Shown: in pieces, positions 12,000 through 22,999 of the stretch | How the letters are laid out: each line of letters opens with the position of its first letter | How positions within the stretch are numbered: position 1 is the first letter of the stretch | Source: Haplodiscus bocki | Lineage: Eukaryota | Assembly: GCA_965655095.1 (NCBI GenBank) | Contig: OZ296649.1 | Coordinates: 23,498,001 to 23,562,000, forward strand | DNA length: 64,000 nucleotides | Direction of reading: 5' to 3' | Made by a program: the position numbers and the translations under genes | Notes under the pieces: model-generated | Database searches by the model: none | What the model saw: only the letters and a program-made list of their open reading frames with translations | What the model was told of the DNA's origin: nothing

Positions 12000-13400
12000 G
12001 GGATGAGCTGAAAACCGCAGTTGGAATCACTCAGTTTGGTTGTTTTTTAAAAAGACTTGTGGGATTGTCATTTTTAGTTGTTCTTTTTTTATACTTTTGC
12101 CAGACATTGAAACGCCTTTTCTTGGTTACCCGATGTCAGCTGTGTGTTATTTCAAGGAATCTGTCCCTGCTTTACTCGTTGTGGTATTCCGCCAGCCTTG
12201 CACTGAAAACTTTAGTGGTCGGCTTCATAAGGCTTTTAGATAAACTCTACGACAGAATCACGGTTTATTCTAATCCGAAACTTCGGCCACCGATTTTTTG
12301 TCGAAATATTAGCGAAAACAACTTCAATTGTCGGATTAGTTAGAAGGGAAGATTACACTTTTTAATCTCGTTCTCATAGTATGCTTAGAAAAGCTAATTT
12401 TTTTTATTGCATTAGAAAATAGAAGGCCGTTTCCGTTTGGTAGATTGGCTGACGGTGATCTTTTTTGTCAAAAGTTTTGTGTCAGTTTTTGCAAAAAAAG
12501 TGAAAAGACTTGATTTTCTGGAACAGACTCGTGAGAGACCTCATTGCTCTCTGCTTTTGTGAACTTTGACGACGTTTTTTTTGCCAGTGCATTAGTAGGA
12601 TCTGTTTGCTTACAATTTAGTATCAATAATAAGGTCATAATTAAAAGTTACCAAAATTTTTCTGCAGACGAATTTTTTGGTTGAATAATAATTGGTGGAA
12701 ACAATCGGAACTCCACAATTTTGACGGGGCGAGTGTTACAATTTTTGAGATAACGGTGCCTTTATGGCATCAGAGTGCTGCGTGAGTGATGGAATAAAGA
12801 GCACTTGTTGCAATCGGATCCAACATTTTTCCAGATTTTTTTCACCAGATTTTTGCTGAAAGTCTTTTTGATAACTTGAGTTTTCGAATAGATTTCTACA
12901 TTATCTAGATTCTGGCACGTTAAGTGTGCCCCAATGTGTTGCATATCAGTTTAATTGAAAAACAGATTAGGCGATGTGAACAGTAGTGAGTCTTGATGCC
13001 AGTTTGGAATCTGAACGAATTTTTCCCTATATTTTACGCAGAAACTTTTCAAAAAACAGGTTTCCTTGAGACTTTATGCAGTCATACAAAAACTGAAACT
13101 CAACTGGGATTCATTATCTTGATTAGAATGCTCTGGGAAGCAGTCGAAAAATCTCAGTATACGCTTGGTCGAGGAGAGGTGGCCAAGCCAAGTTACTCTT
13201 TAGTTGCATATCTTCTTCTTCAAATTATTGTCTTTTGCGATAGTTTACTACAACTCTCATCACTTGGATAAATGTACTTCGAGATTGTGCCTCCTTAAAA
13301 ACCTAAGTTTCTACTCAGAGCCCATGTGGCCTTCGGGTTTCGCCAAGAATCTTCTAATCCATTTTTCTGAAGAAATTCTTCAACCTTAATACACCGGCTT
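12000..13400 (-). mobile_element. Very decayed Bel/Pao-like integrase remnant inside the 6-kb CAP intron
   Basis: 'HIGAHLT..NLVKKIWKNV..CNKC..LMP' resembles the H2C2 zinc finger (12762-12944), followed by 'RPVKIVEFRLFPPII' resembling RPF..GxDxFGP. Heavily disrupted. Confidence 0.35.
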
Positions 13401-15441
13401 CAAATAGAGTTGTTTCGGTTTGCTGATTGGTATGTCGTTATGTACCGCTCTAAATGTCAATTTCAGGTACCTTGCTGCTCCGAAACTGCTTTTACTACGC
13501 AGAAACTGGTTTTTGCTGATTTTTGAGCTGACAAAGTGTTTTTCTCAGGCTCCATTTTGTTTGAGGTTAGGATAAATACCTTAAGCCTGTTATCTCTATA
13601 CCTTTTTCCTGGCTAAATCTCTCCGGACTTTGCCACATGTTCTGAAACAGTGCGTAAACATGTGGTCAATCGTATATTTGAATGGTTGAAATAATTCGCG
13701 TGCCTTAAGCTAAACACCTCAGATCCTATATTTTACTTCTTCCTGTCTCCTGAATTGTGACAACGTTTTGTTTTTCTTGACTTTCAAGCGTCATATTTCC
13801 GATTAGAGTGATTGGAACGTTCTGGTTTTAAAAAACCTGAGCAGCATGGTCAAAATTGAGAGTGTCCAAAATTTGGAGGTCCCAAATTTTTTCGCTCCAA
13901 CGTTATCGGTGGAAACAAACTGAAGACACCGGAGTTTTCCGGCGGAAATCGTTTTTCTGTTACCATCACTACCATATAATTACGGTGGGTGTATATGTAA
14001 TGGAATCAATGCGAAATCAGTTTTCTCAAATGACCGCAATTTTCAAAAGTCATTGGATTTTTTCGTTGAGTTTTGGCGGAAAACTTTCGGAAAAAATTCA
14101 AGAAACTTACGTTTTATGGTATGTTATGTTCATTAAGGCTTGCAAAGGCACTTGTTGGTTTGAAACTCAAATAACGTGACCCCAACTACGCAAGAAAACT
14201 TGTAGGGAACAGTTGTATAATTCTTCCGCATTCTATTGACGGAAATTTTTTCAAGAAAACTGAAAGGATCTGGTTTTTTGGCAAAATTTCAGCCCGTAAC
14301 TATTCCAAATGGATTGTTTGCTGAATTTCACTTGTTCAAAACCTTCAACACATGCGGTTTTCATCTCCAGCGTCGTTTTCGATTTCCAGGAGCCTAACAC
14401 ATTGCACTTTCTGCCTATAATTTTTCACAAAGGACATTCTTTGAAAGTCTTTTGTTCACATTTTGTCATCAAATGGAACTTTTGTTTTTTAAATTTGTTT
14501 TTCAACGACGCTAAAGATTTCTCTCAATTTTATCCTGTATTTCGTAGCTACGTGTTTATTCCAAACTCAGGACATTCGGTTTTTAATTTGAGGCTTCATG
14601 CAAGTTTTCATAGTTTTTGATTTCTTCTATCGTCTATAAACCAACATTTTGTTTCACACTTCTTTGCTTTCTTATTTTGACAAGCTCAAAATTTTTCGGA
14701 GGGCTCTGCTTTTTCTAGTTTTGTCACTTGTTTAAAAAAGAGGCTGTATGGTTGGTTCAAAAAATTGAAAGTATGAATCCTGTCGCAACTTTTTGAATGT
14801 GTGAAAATCCAAAAAGGAAATTATGACCTCCTGAGTTTCCATAATCTGAACCAAACAATATTCCAATGTATGATTTGTCTGGTGTCATACAAGATTTGGA
14901 TCTTTGCAAACTTGCAAATCATACTCCACTCCATAGTTTGGCCTACTAATGATATTCATATATGCCATACTCTTCTATGGACAGTTTATGACATTCTTGC
15001 AGCCATACAAAACCATATATGACTTAGTATTTGTTTCTGGTTTCTTTTATGATAGTCAGCCCGGTTATATTAAACTTGGAAAAGCACTTTCCAAAAGTGT
15101 AACAGCCAATGACTTTTTCAAGCAGTATAAATTGTACCAAACGCATTCTGCTGTGTGAAAATTTTTCAAGAGAAGAAAAAGTTTGATTATTCCAATTTTT
15201 TTCTGTCGGAAAGGCCGCAATTTCTCAAAAACTGATGTAGTCTAAGGATATTTTGAGCCTTGAGGGCAGGACCGTTCTGAGGCATCTCCCACTGGTTGGA
15301 TGCTGCAAAGGAAATGATTTCTGAAAACTTTAATATAACAAGGATTACCGAAATTTGTTTTTACTTTCAAAAATTCCATAAATGTAATTTAGTACAAAAA
15401 AAACGAACCAACATATTTCTTTTTTCTGTGGCAAAACTAAC

Positions 15442-15754
15442 AGAAGTATGTCGCGGTTTCGAAAGCAATGTCTGCGATGGTTTTATTCCATTTCAAAGGG
15501 TTTAAACCCACTGATTCTCTGTAATAGTTGTGTCGTCCGAGAATACATTTCGCAAACTCGTCTGTTTCGTTCACACCTCCGGCAAGGTTGGGACCCTGTA
15601 GATAATCATCGCCCAGGACACCTTGCCAAAATTTAGATTCTGATTTATCGCAATTTTTTGTGCAGTAAGTTCGGTTGATTGCAAATATGAAGGAAATTAC
15701 AACTCCCAATAGTTTCATAACTGAGTTATTAAATAATATCAGTTTTGGTCCCAT
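15442..15754 (-). CDS. CAP/SCP-domain secreted protein, first coding exon (signal peptide plus CAP N-terminus)
   Basis: ATG at 15754 with in-frame stops just upstream; alternative ATG at 15718 begins the hydrophobic signal peptide MKLLGVVISFIFA. CAP motifs 'ILGRHNYYR' and 'LKWN..IA..A'. Donor T|GTTAGT at 15442/15441 joins in frame (T+TA = Leu) to the 9404 exon. Confidence 0.9.
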
Positions 15755-15790
15755 TTATGTTCAATTCAACTGGTACCTGAAGTACAAACA
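15755..15790 (-). other. Splice acceptor and short 5' UTR segment of the CAP gene
   Basis: Minus strand reads TTTTCGTGTTTGTACTTCAG|GTACCAG (AG at 15778-15777), 22 nt before the ATG at 15754. This implies an upstream non-coding exon or trans-splicing. Confidence 0.55.
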
Positions 15791-16949
15791 CGAAAATGAA
15801 TTGAATTTTACAAGTCGAAGGAGATGGCACATTTAAGTCAAGTAGTTCTGAGTTATTATCAATAAATTTACTAGTTTGCATACTGATACTGGGTCCAATG
15901 GTTCAATTTTTGAACTGTTTGATCGCAAGCACTGGGAGATAAGCTCACGACCTTTGATTGTTTCATTTTAACGAAAATACTAATGGGAATCGGAATACCG
16001 CCAATAGCAACTGCATCAATAGATAAAGGCTTCAATTGCAATAACGGGCCAAAGTTGTGGTAGACCATCAAATTACAAAAGAACATGAACAATAATCTCG
16101 GCAACTACCCGAAAATTTTCCGCCACCCAACTTCATTAAAAAGCGTTTTCAGGAAAAATTGCTCTTTTCTGCATCAGTATTGGTGTTTTTTCACCAACTT
16201 TAATAACTTTCGATTTTTCAAAAAAAAACTGGATTGTGATCGAAGGATGCGTTTTCAAGAATTTTTACTCTTTTATGTACATTCTACAGTAAATTTTCTT
16301 CCAGTTTCCACACTAAAAAATCGTCTGGTTTTTCTCCAAAAACCCCCATAAATTTCAGTCAAAAAGCCTTATTTAAGAATTAGTACCAGTTAATTCGATT
16401 TCACGCAAAATTTGTAAAAAAAAATGATGATAAAAAGTTTTCACACTTGAAATTGTGCCATTTAGCAAAATCATGTAATTGGCTAGTGCACATAACAAAA
16501 CGCACGCACACGGCGATGAGATATTTTTCTTCCCGTATTGAAAAAAATATATAGAAATATTTTAAACCATGCAAGTGGAGTCTATAGCAAGCAGGGTCAA
16601 TAATCTCAAACAACAAAAGGTGCCTTCTATGAAATTCTTCGGTACTGAGACTAAAAAAATGTGATGGCATTTCTATGGTTTACTCATATTTTTGCGCCCG
16701 TAACTTAGTTCCCGCCTTCACTGCAGTATATACTCAAGATCAAAGAATCCTCCCACTAATGATAACTTTTATCTTGATTACAAAACACTCTACGAGTTTT
16801 GGTGCAATTTATTTTGTACATTTGCTTTAGTTTACCTGTTGGACGTCACATTATCACATACCCACTTTTGAAGTTCAAGAAAAGTTTCTAGACCTTTTCT
16901 CTTTTTTCGTCTTCTCGAAAGGTCAATAAATTGGTCTGAGAAAAGAGCC

Positions 16950-19900
16950 AGAGATTTTGAGGAAATTATTACGATGACGAAAGAGACAAATCTCACTAAA
17001 ATTAGTTGGAGAAATATCGAGAAAATTAGAACTATAAATTTCTAGAAAAGTCAACGACATTAAAGCGTCCTTAGAAAAACAAACGCTCATCTCATGTCTG
17101 CTTTCGCTTTCACAGCCAGAATAGCAAGAAACACAGTAGCACTGCGTTAAAAATGTAAAAAAAACAAAATTAATTTATAGAAACAAAACTGGAACATTCC
17201 AGGCGGAAAACACGAAAATTTTTTCGAATTAGAAAGTGGCTTCGAAAAAAGAAACACACAAAAAGTGTATTTTTTGGCAGATTCCCGACGTTGGATATCA
17301 AATGTGACCAATGTAGCCCACTTTAAGTTTTTCTAGTTGCCTCATACAAACAGTGGTCGAAAAAACCACTTAGAAAATCCTGATGGGTAGTTCTGCAGAG
17401 ACAAGTGTTTGAATGTTGGGACAACGCCATTTAACTACAACGGTTCCACTTTGAATAGCATTTTGGGTCAATTAACACTGCAAGTGAAGGGCCTAAGACC
17501 AGCAAACGACGAAAAATCAAAACTTATTGCTTTAGACCCATTAGATGAGATGAAGCCATTTTTTCCAGCAGAAAAACAACAAGAAAATCGAGAAAAGTTA
17601 TTAGTATTTTCCTACTCTGCGTTCTAGACAAATCAAGTTTCTAATACAAAGGGAAAAGGACAATTTTTCAAAGATCGATCTTCCTGAAAAAACAAGCTGT
17701 CGATTCATGGGAAAATCACAGCGTAATTTTGTCAAATGAAGAAAACTGAGAACCTAAAAAGGTTTTACCTTTTGTTCCTTTTACTAAATGAACCCTATAT
17801 ACAACCAAAGGCAATAAAACAAGGTTAGTTTTTGTCTTTTGTAAAACTTTGGAGATTAAAGATTGTTCGTTGATTGAGACTTTAATGGAGGGAACCCACC
17901 AGTTAGGTTTGGTGCAAACCGAGCTTGATAATCTCAGGAAACTATAATGAACGCGCTTTTTTGTATATTGCTCTACCAACACTCCGATGCAGGAAATGAA
18001 ATCAACCATTTCAATAGTCGAAAAAATTTCAATAATATAAATTTGTCAATTGAGTTCCTGATGAGTTAAAGCCAGTCTATAGTTCTGCACAAGCTGCACT
18101 TGATTTCCGACATAAAATTTTCCGATTGATTTTCTCGCACTATGGACCTATCTAATTTCCAAAAAAAAATCAAAATTGATGAATAATTTGTCCAGTGGCC
18201 TTGGGCTAGTAGAAAATTAGTGGATACGACTATAGTTTACACAAACCAGCCCTCAAATGATTTTGTTTTTTGAGGAAAAACGTTGCCAATCGCAGTATTC
18301 TGTATTTTTGCTCCATCAATATTCCGATACAAGAAACAAAATCCTCATTTTGGAATCCGTCCTACCCTTCTTAATAGCCTTTTTACCCTTCTTACATTTG
18401 TGCAGCTGTCGATTGAGGCATTGATGGAAAAAATCAAACGGGTATTTTTCGAGAAAACAGTGTTCAAAAAATGAACAAAAAACTTATCGCACGTTCGAGC
18501 ATTTTGGCCCCATCGAATTTTGAATGAAAATAACAGCATCAAAAGCTTTAATCTCTGTTATTGTATCGAAAGAAAAAGAGTGTCGATTGAGTTTTCGATG
18601 GGAAAATGAAGCAGTTAATTTTTTTCAATAATAGTTCTGAATACCGTTAATAATCTTTTGTATTTGTCTTTTTGGATTTTATGACTTATCACGTTCCGCA
18701 TGCAGAAAAAAAAACAGATAGTGGGTTTTTCATAAAACTCCGAGAAATTAGAGTTGACCATTGATTGCAGAAGTACTATTAGTTTGTATTAAACTTCGCA
18801 AAATATCGTTACAGAAAGTACGTTTTTTGCTGTTTTGGCCCGTCGGGTTCCTATGCAAGGAGAAGATTCGTATTTATTTCAACGGCGTTTTACTAGGAGA
18901 AAGCTATGAGTTAAGACGTTGAAAGAAGACCTCAAGTTAGTTGTTTTGGTGTAGCATTAATTTGACTAGGATGAAAATTTTTCACCCATTTCAACTTCTG
19001 AATTTCACACGGTATGGGAATTGCACAACGAGAGGTCGCGATACGAATACTTTGAACGTAAATTCTTTGTATTTCAGAGGCCGAGAGAACAGAAGTAAGC
19101 AAAGAAAGAGATACCGGTAATCCGGAAAAATTCTCCATAATTGTAAGTGAAGTCAAGTTTTATGAAAAGTGCAATAGTTTTTTTCTGCATTTTTTTAAAT
19201 TATCAAATTTATTCGAAAATAAATTCGAAACATTTCAAAAAGGAAAGAAATGTTTTAGTTACGAAAATACGTATTGTTTACTACACCAGCAATTCTGCAA
19301 CTTGAAGTTTGCCTGTCATGGGAGAAGGAAAAAGAACGCCACTACTGATTTGAATATTTTCCTTTCGAAAAAAATTTTCGACGCAAAATGACAAATCCAT
19401 ATCAAATCTGTGTCACGCCGATACCATACGCAATTGATATTTTAAAAAAAACGATTTCCTCCCATTGTGAGAAAATGAAGACTTTATATCATACTGGGGT
19501 AGAAATACTCACCACGACCAATTCGGCTTCCAATTTTTTGCAAAGTCTCATTATCTGGTTGAACAATGTGAAAAAGAAGCGTCGTTTACTATGTGAGGTC
19601 TTTGATTTTAAGAAACTAAGTACTTCACTAGCTTAACTGATGTAAAAATTGCCAAAACGTTAAATAAAAACAACTTTTCCAAACTAAAACATAGTTAAAA
19701 TTCAATGGGTTCCGAAAACATCCCCTGCGAAAATATCGTCACAAAACTCAAGACAACAGGAAACAAACTGTTGAAAAGTAAAAAAGAAAACGAACTTCAT
19801 TCATCATCTTCAAATAAAAATCGTATTCCGTAAGTGAAAATTTTCCCTAGAACCAGTCCGTGTCCCAAGCTTATGAAGAGAAGTTGTACAAGTTCTGTTT
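16950..19900 (+). mobile_element. Highly decayed Ty3/Gypsy gag-pol remnant
   Basis: In order: knuckle-like 'CDQC' (~17303), protease tail 'YNGSTLNSILGQLTLQV' (17409), RT 'DNLRKL' (~17930), 'VEN-VDTTIV' for YxDD (~18210), 'CIFAPSIFRY..FGIRP' (18300-18360), RNase H 'LTIDCRST' (~18755) and 'VLLGESYEL' (~18890), integrase-like 'GVPKT' (~19708). Confidence 0.55.
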
Positions 19901-20220
19901 AACGATTAACAGATTGGAAAATAAAAAAAAGTCTGAGAAATTGATTTTTTTCAGGTTTTCTCAATTAGCCCTCCTATGAAACCTATTTGTCTACTTTGTC
20001 CAGCTTACTCAATGCAGGAATTATATACTCATCAGTTGAAAAATCCACCGAAAATGAAGTCGCTGAAAACTGAACAAAGCATTTCTTTAAGCACTATATC
20101 AAAAATTACTGACTTTTTCTGTTAATCCGGGTTGAACATCCCAAAAATAACTTACCTCGATACAGCTATGTGACCAGCTCTGTCAAAGATAGAACACAGT
20201 GCAAGATCTTGCTACAAGAG

Positions 20221-20432
20221 CTCTGGACCAGAGATGGAACTTTGTGAGTCATATTTGGACCGTATTAAAAACTTAATGAGTTATCTCCATACCGCAGTTG
20301 GAACTTAGTAACCAATCTTTGCACCGTAATAGGAACTTAGTTAGTTTATCTCTGTACCTCATTAGGAACTTAGTAAGATATCTTTGGACCCTAGTAATGA
20401 GTTGGTAAGTTATCTCTGGACCTGCACAGCAA
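20221..20432. repeat. Degenerate minisatellite, about 32-bp unit, about 7 copies
   Basis: Consensus approximately ATCTYTGGACCNNANTAGGAACTTAGTAAGTT repeated head to tail. Confidence 0.8.
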
Positions 20433-20556
20433 CTGTCAAACCAAATGAATCAGATAATTGTTCTGTAAAATGAAACTTTCATTGTTATCTTGCGGCATAT
20501 TCTTTAGATTAAAGAAAACAAAATCTTCCTTTCGAATAGGTGCATTTTTTACCCAA

Positions 20557-22379
20557 TTTTGCCATTGAGCTCGCGCAAAAACGATTTTGGCTCGCGTATT
20601 TGAAAATTTCAAGCCAAGTTTGCCAAAAACAACAAAACAGCCAAAACAGCCAAAAAAGCCAAAACGCCAAAACACCGAAATAACCCAAAAAAACCCAAAA
20701 AGCAAAAAAACCAAAACAGCCAAAGAAGCTAAAAAAAATCAAAACGCCAAAAAACCAAGGATGCCAAAAAAACCAAAAAAAGCCAAAAAGCAAAAAAGCC
20801 AAAACAGATAAAACAGCTAACAAAACCAAAACGCCAAAAAACCAAAGATGCCAAGAAAACCAAAAAGCCAAAAAAGCCAAAAACGCCCCCAAAACACCGA
20901 GAAAAAACCAAAATAAAACAGAAAGCAAAAAAACCAAAAATGCCCAAAAAGCCGAAAAAAAATCAAAAACTAACAAAACAAGCCAAAAAAACCAAGAAAG
21001 CCTAAAAAAGCCAAAAAAGTCAAAAAAATTCAAAAAACCCAATTAGCCAAAAAGACCAAAACACAAAAAAGCCAAGAAAGCCAGAAAAGCCAAAAATGCC
21101 AAGAAAGCCAAAAAGCCAAATTCCAAAAAAAAACAAAAATGGAAAAAATCCAAAACGCCAAAAAACACAGAAAGGCCACAAAAACTCGAAAAAGTTTGAA
21201 AAAAAAACAAAAGAGGCCAAAACAGCCAAAAATCCCAAGAATGTCAAAGACCAAAAAGCGACAAAAGGAAACCATTATTGCCAAAAAAGCGAAAACAGCC
21301 AAAGCCTTAAAAAGCCAAAAAAATCCAAAAAACCAAAAAAGCCAAGAAAGCCAAAAATGCCGAAAAAGCCAAAATTACCAAAAATGCCAAAAATTCCACA
21401 AATGCCAAGATTGCCAAGATGGCCGAGACTGTCAAGATTGCCGAGCTGGCAAGATTGCCAAGAATCCCGGGATTGCCAGAATTGCCAAGATTGCCGACAT
21501 TGCCGAGATTGAAAAACAATCTCTCAAAGCCTTCAAACTTTGGGTATTTTTGGAAAAAAAAGATGGGTTTTTCTAAAAAAAAACTTGAGTTTTGTTCAAA
21601 ATCTTTAGAATTGGCAGTTCTTTATGTGTCTCAGATGGTATTAGTGCTCAAGTTTCCTCAAAACGTCCAAAATGTCGAAGGCTTTCTTCGGAAAAAAAGA
21701 AGGCTTGAACTTTTCAAAATTGATAAATGTTGCATTTTTTTCCAGATTGCGTCTCAAAAGGTATTATTGCCTAAGAATACTCAAAACGTTCATAAAGTCT
21801 GTTTTTTTTTGGAAAAAGAGATGTGTTTTTTTGGAAGAAAACTTTAAAACCTTTCAAAATTGCTAAAGCTGGCAATTTTTTTAAATAGCATCTGAACTGC
21901 AATTATTGCTTAAGAAATTTCAAAATTTGGGGGAGTCTTCTCCGAAGAATAGAGGAATAGAGCGTTCTTTTATAAAAATGCCTTGAAAATTTCAAAATCG
22001 CCAAAGATGGCAATTTTTTTCTAGATTGCGTCTCGAATTGTATTATTGCTTAAAAGTTCTCAAAATGTTAAAAATTTGGGGGGGGGGGTTTCCGAAAAAT
22101 AGATGGTTTTTCTCGAAAAAAAACCTTAAACTTTTCAAAATCGCTAAGTGTGGCAATTTCTTCCGGATTGCCTTTAAAATGTTAATATTGCTTAAAAAAA
22201 TCCTTTCCACCCTAGTTATGATGTTTTTCTTGCTAAAAAATGGAAGATTTGAACATTGGAAACGTTTGAAAATATCATGAAGAAATTTTTTTCGAGAAAA
22301 AACGTGTCCATTTGTTCAAAAGCTTTCTCCACAAAAATGGTAGGGCGTAAATTATGCCAATGGTAGCCGGCCGTTTTGT
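20557..22379 (-). mobile_element. Composite non-autonomous repeat (HINE/Helentron-like): 9-bp microsatellite block plus 120-140 bp tandem units between GC-rich termini
   Basis: 20620-21510: (AAAAAGCCA)n grading into (AGATTGCCA)n. 21510-22270: about 5 units anchored by TTCAAAATYGCTAA (~21597, 21714, 21853, 21991, 22134). GC-rich partly palindromic termini CGCGCAAAAACGATTTTGGCTCGCG (20572-20596) and GGTAGCCGGCCGTTTTGT (22362-22379). The repeats are certain; the family and orientation are inference. Confidence 0.6.
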
Positions 22380-22999
22380 TTCAATTTTTTTTCGAATGCA
22401 TTTCTGTCAATAATTTCTAGAACAAACAATTTTTCTAAATTCGAACGTTGTTCAAAGTGAAATTTTCCTTAATTGCATGCAGACAAGTTTTTTGGAAAAG
22501 GTGGAAAATTCAGGCAATCTGCATGGAATTTCCATTCAGAGAAGTCATGCCACGCACTAACTACTGCACTACCGCACTTACATTTTTCCTGCAACATGGA
22601 AAACTTTGCAGGAAGTTGCTAGCAACATGGTAAGTGAAATCTTCCGATGACAAAATGTGGATCATAAATTTTCGCAAAATTCAAATGGAATTCGGTATGA
22701 AATTCCGCAATGCAGAATGGCAAAGGTGGCAAAAAGCAGATCTACACTTCATCTCAACTTAACTGAGAACTCGAAGAGAAAAGAAACCCCAGGCAAAATT
22801 TGACCAAAAAAAGACAAACTAAACATATAAATATTTTTTATGGTTGAAAACGATAGAAAATTTCTGGAAAATCCATTTATGTATCAGTAATCATTAGGGT
22901 CACGCAATAACGAGTTTTGCGAGACAACTTCATGTCTGAGGAGCGTGTATCTTACGCCTTAGTGTTGCGTCATGTCTTTAATTCACTAGGTAAATTTTA

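Noticed and set aside
15871-16104. Extra coding exon of the CAP gene
   Set aside because: In-frame stops lie directly before the ATG at 15754, so upstream exons cannot extend this CDS; no recognisable domain.
20221-20432. CRISPR-like array
   Set aside because: Units are degenerate and contiguous with no 25-45 nt unique spacers, there are no cas genes, and the context is eukaryotic.
20436-21847. Lys/Pro-rich (histone H1- or extensin-like) and Phe/Leu-rich membrane-like ORFs
   Set aside because: By-products of a 9-bp repeat lacking stops in several frames on both strands; no splice structure or unique domain.
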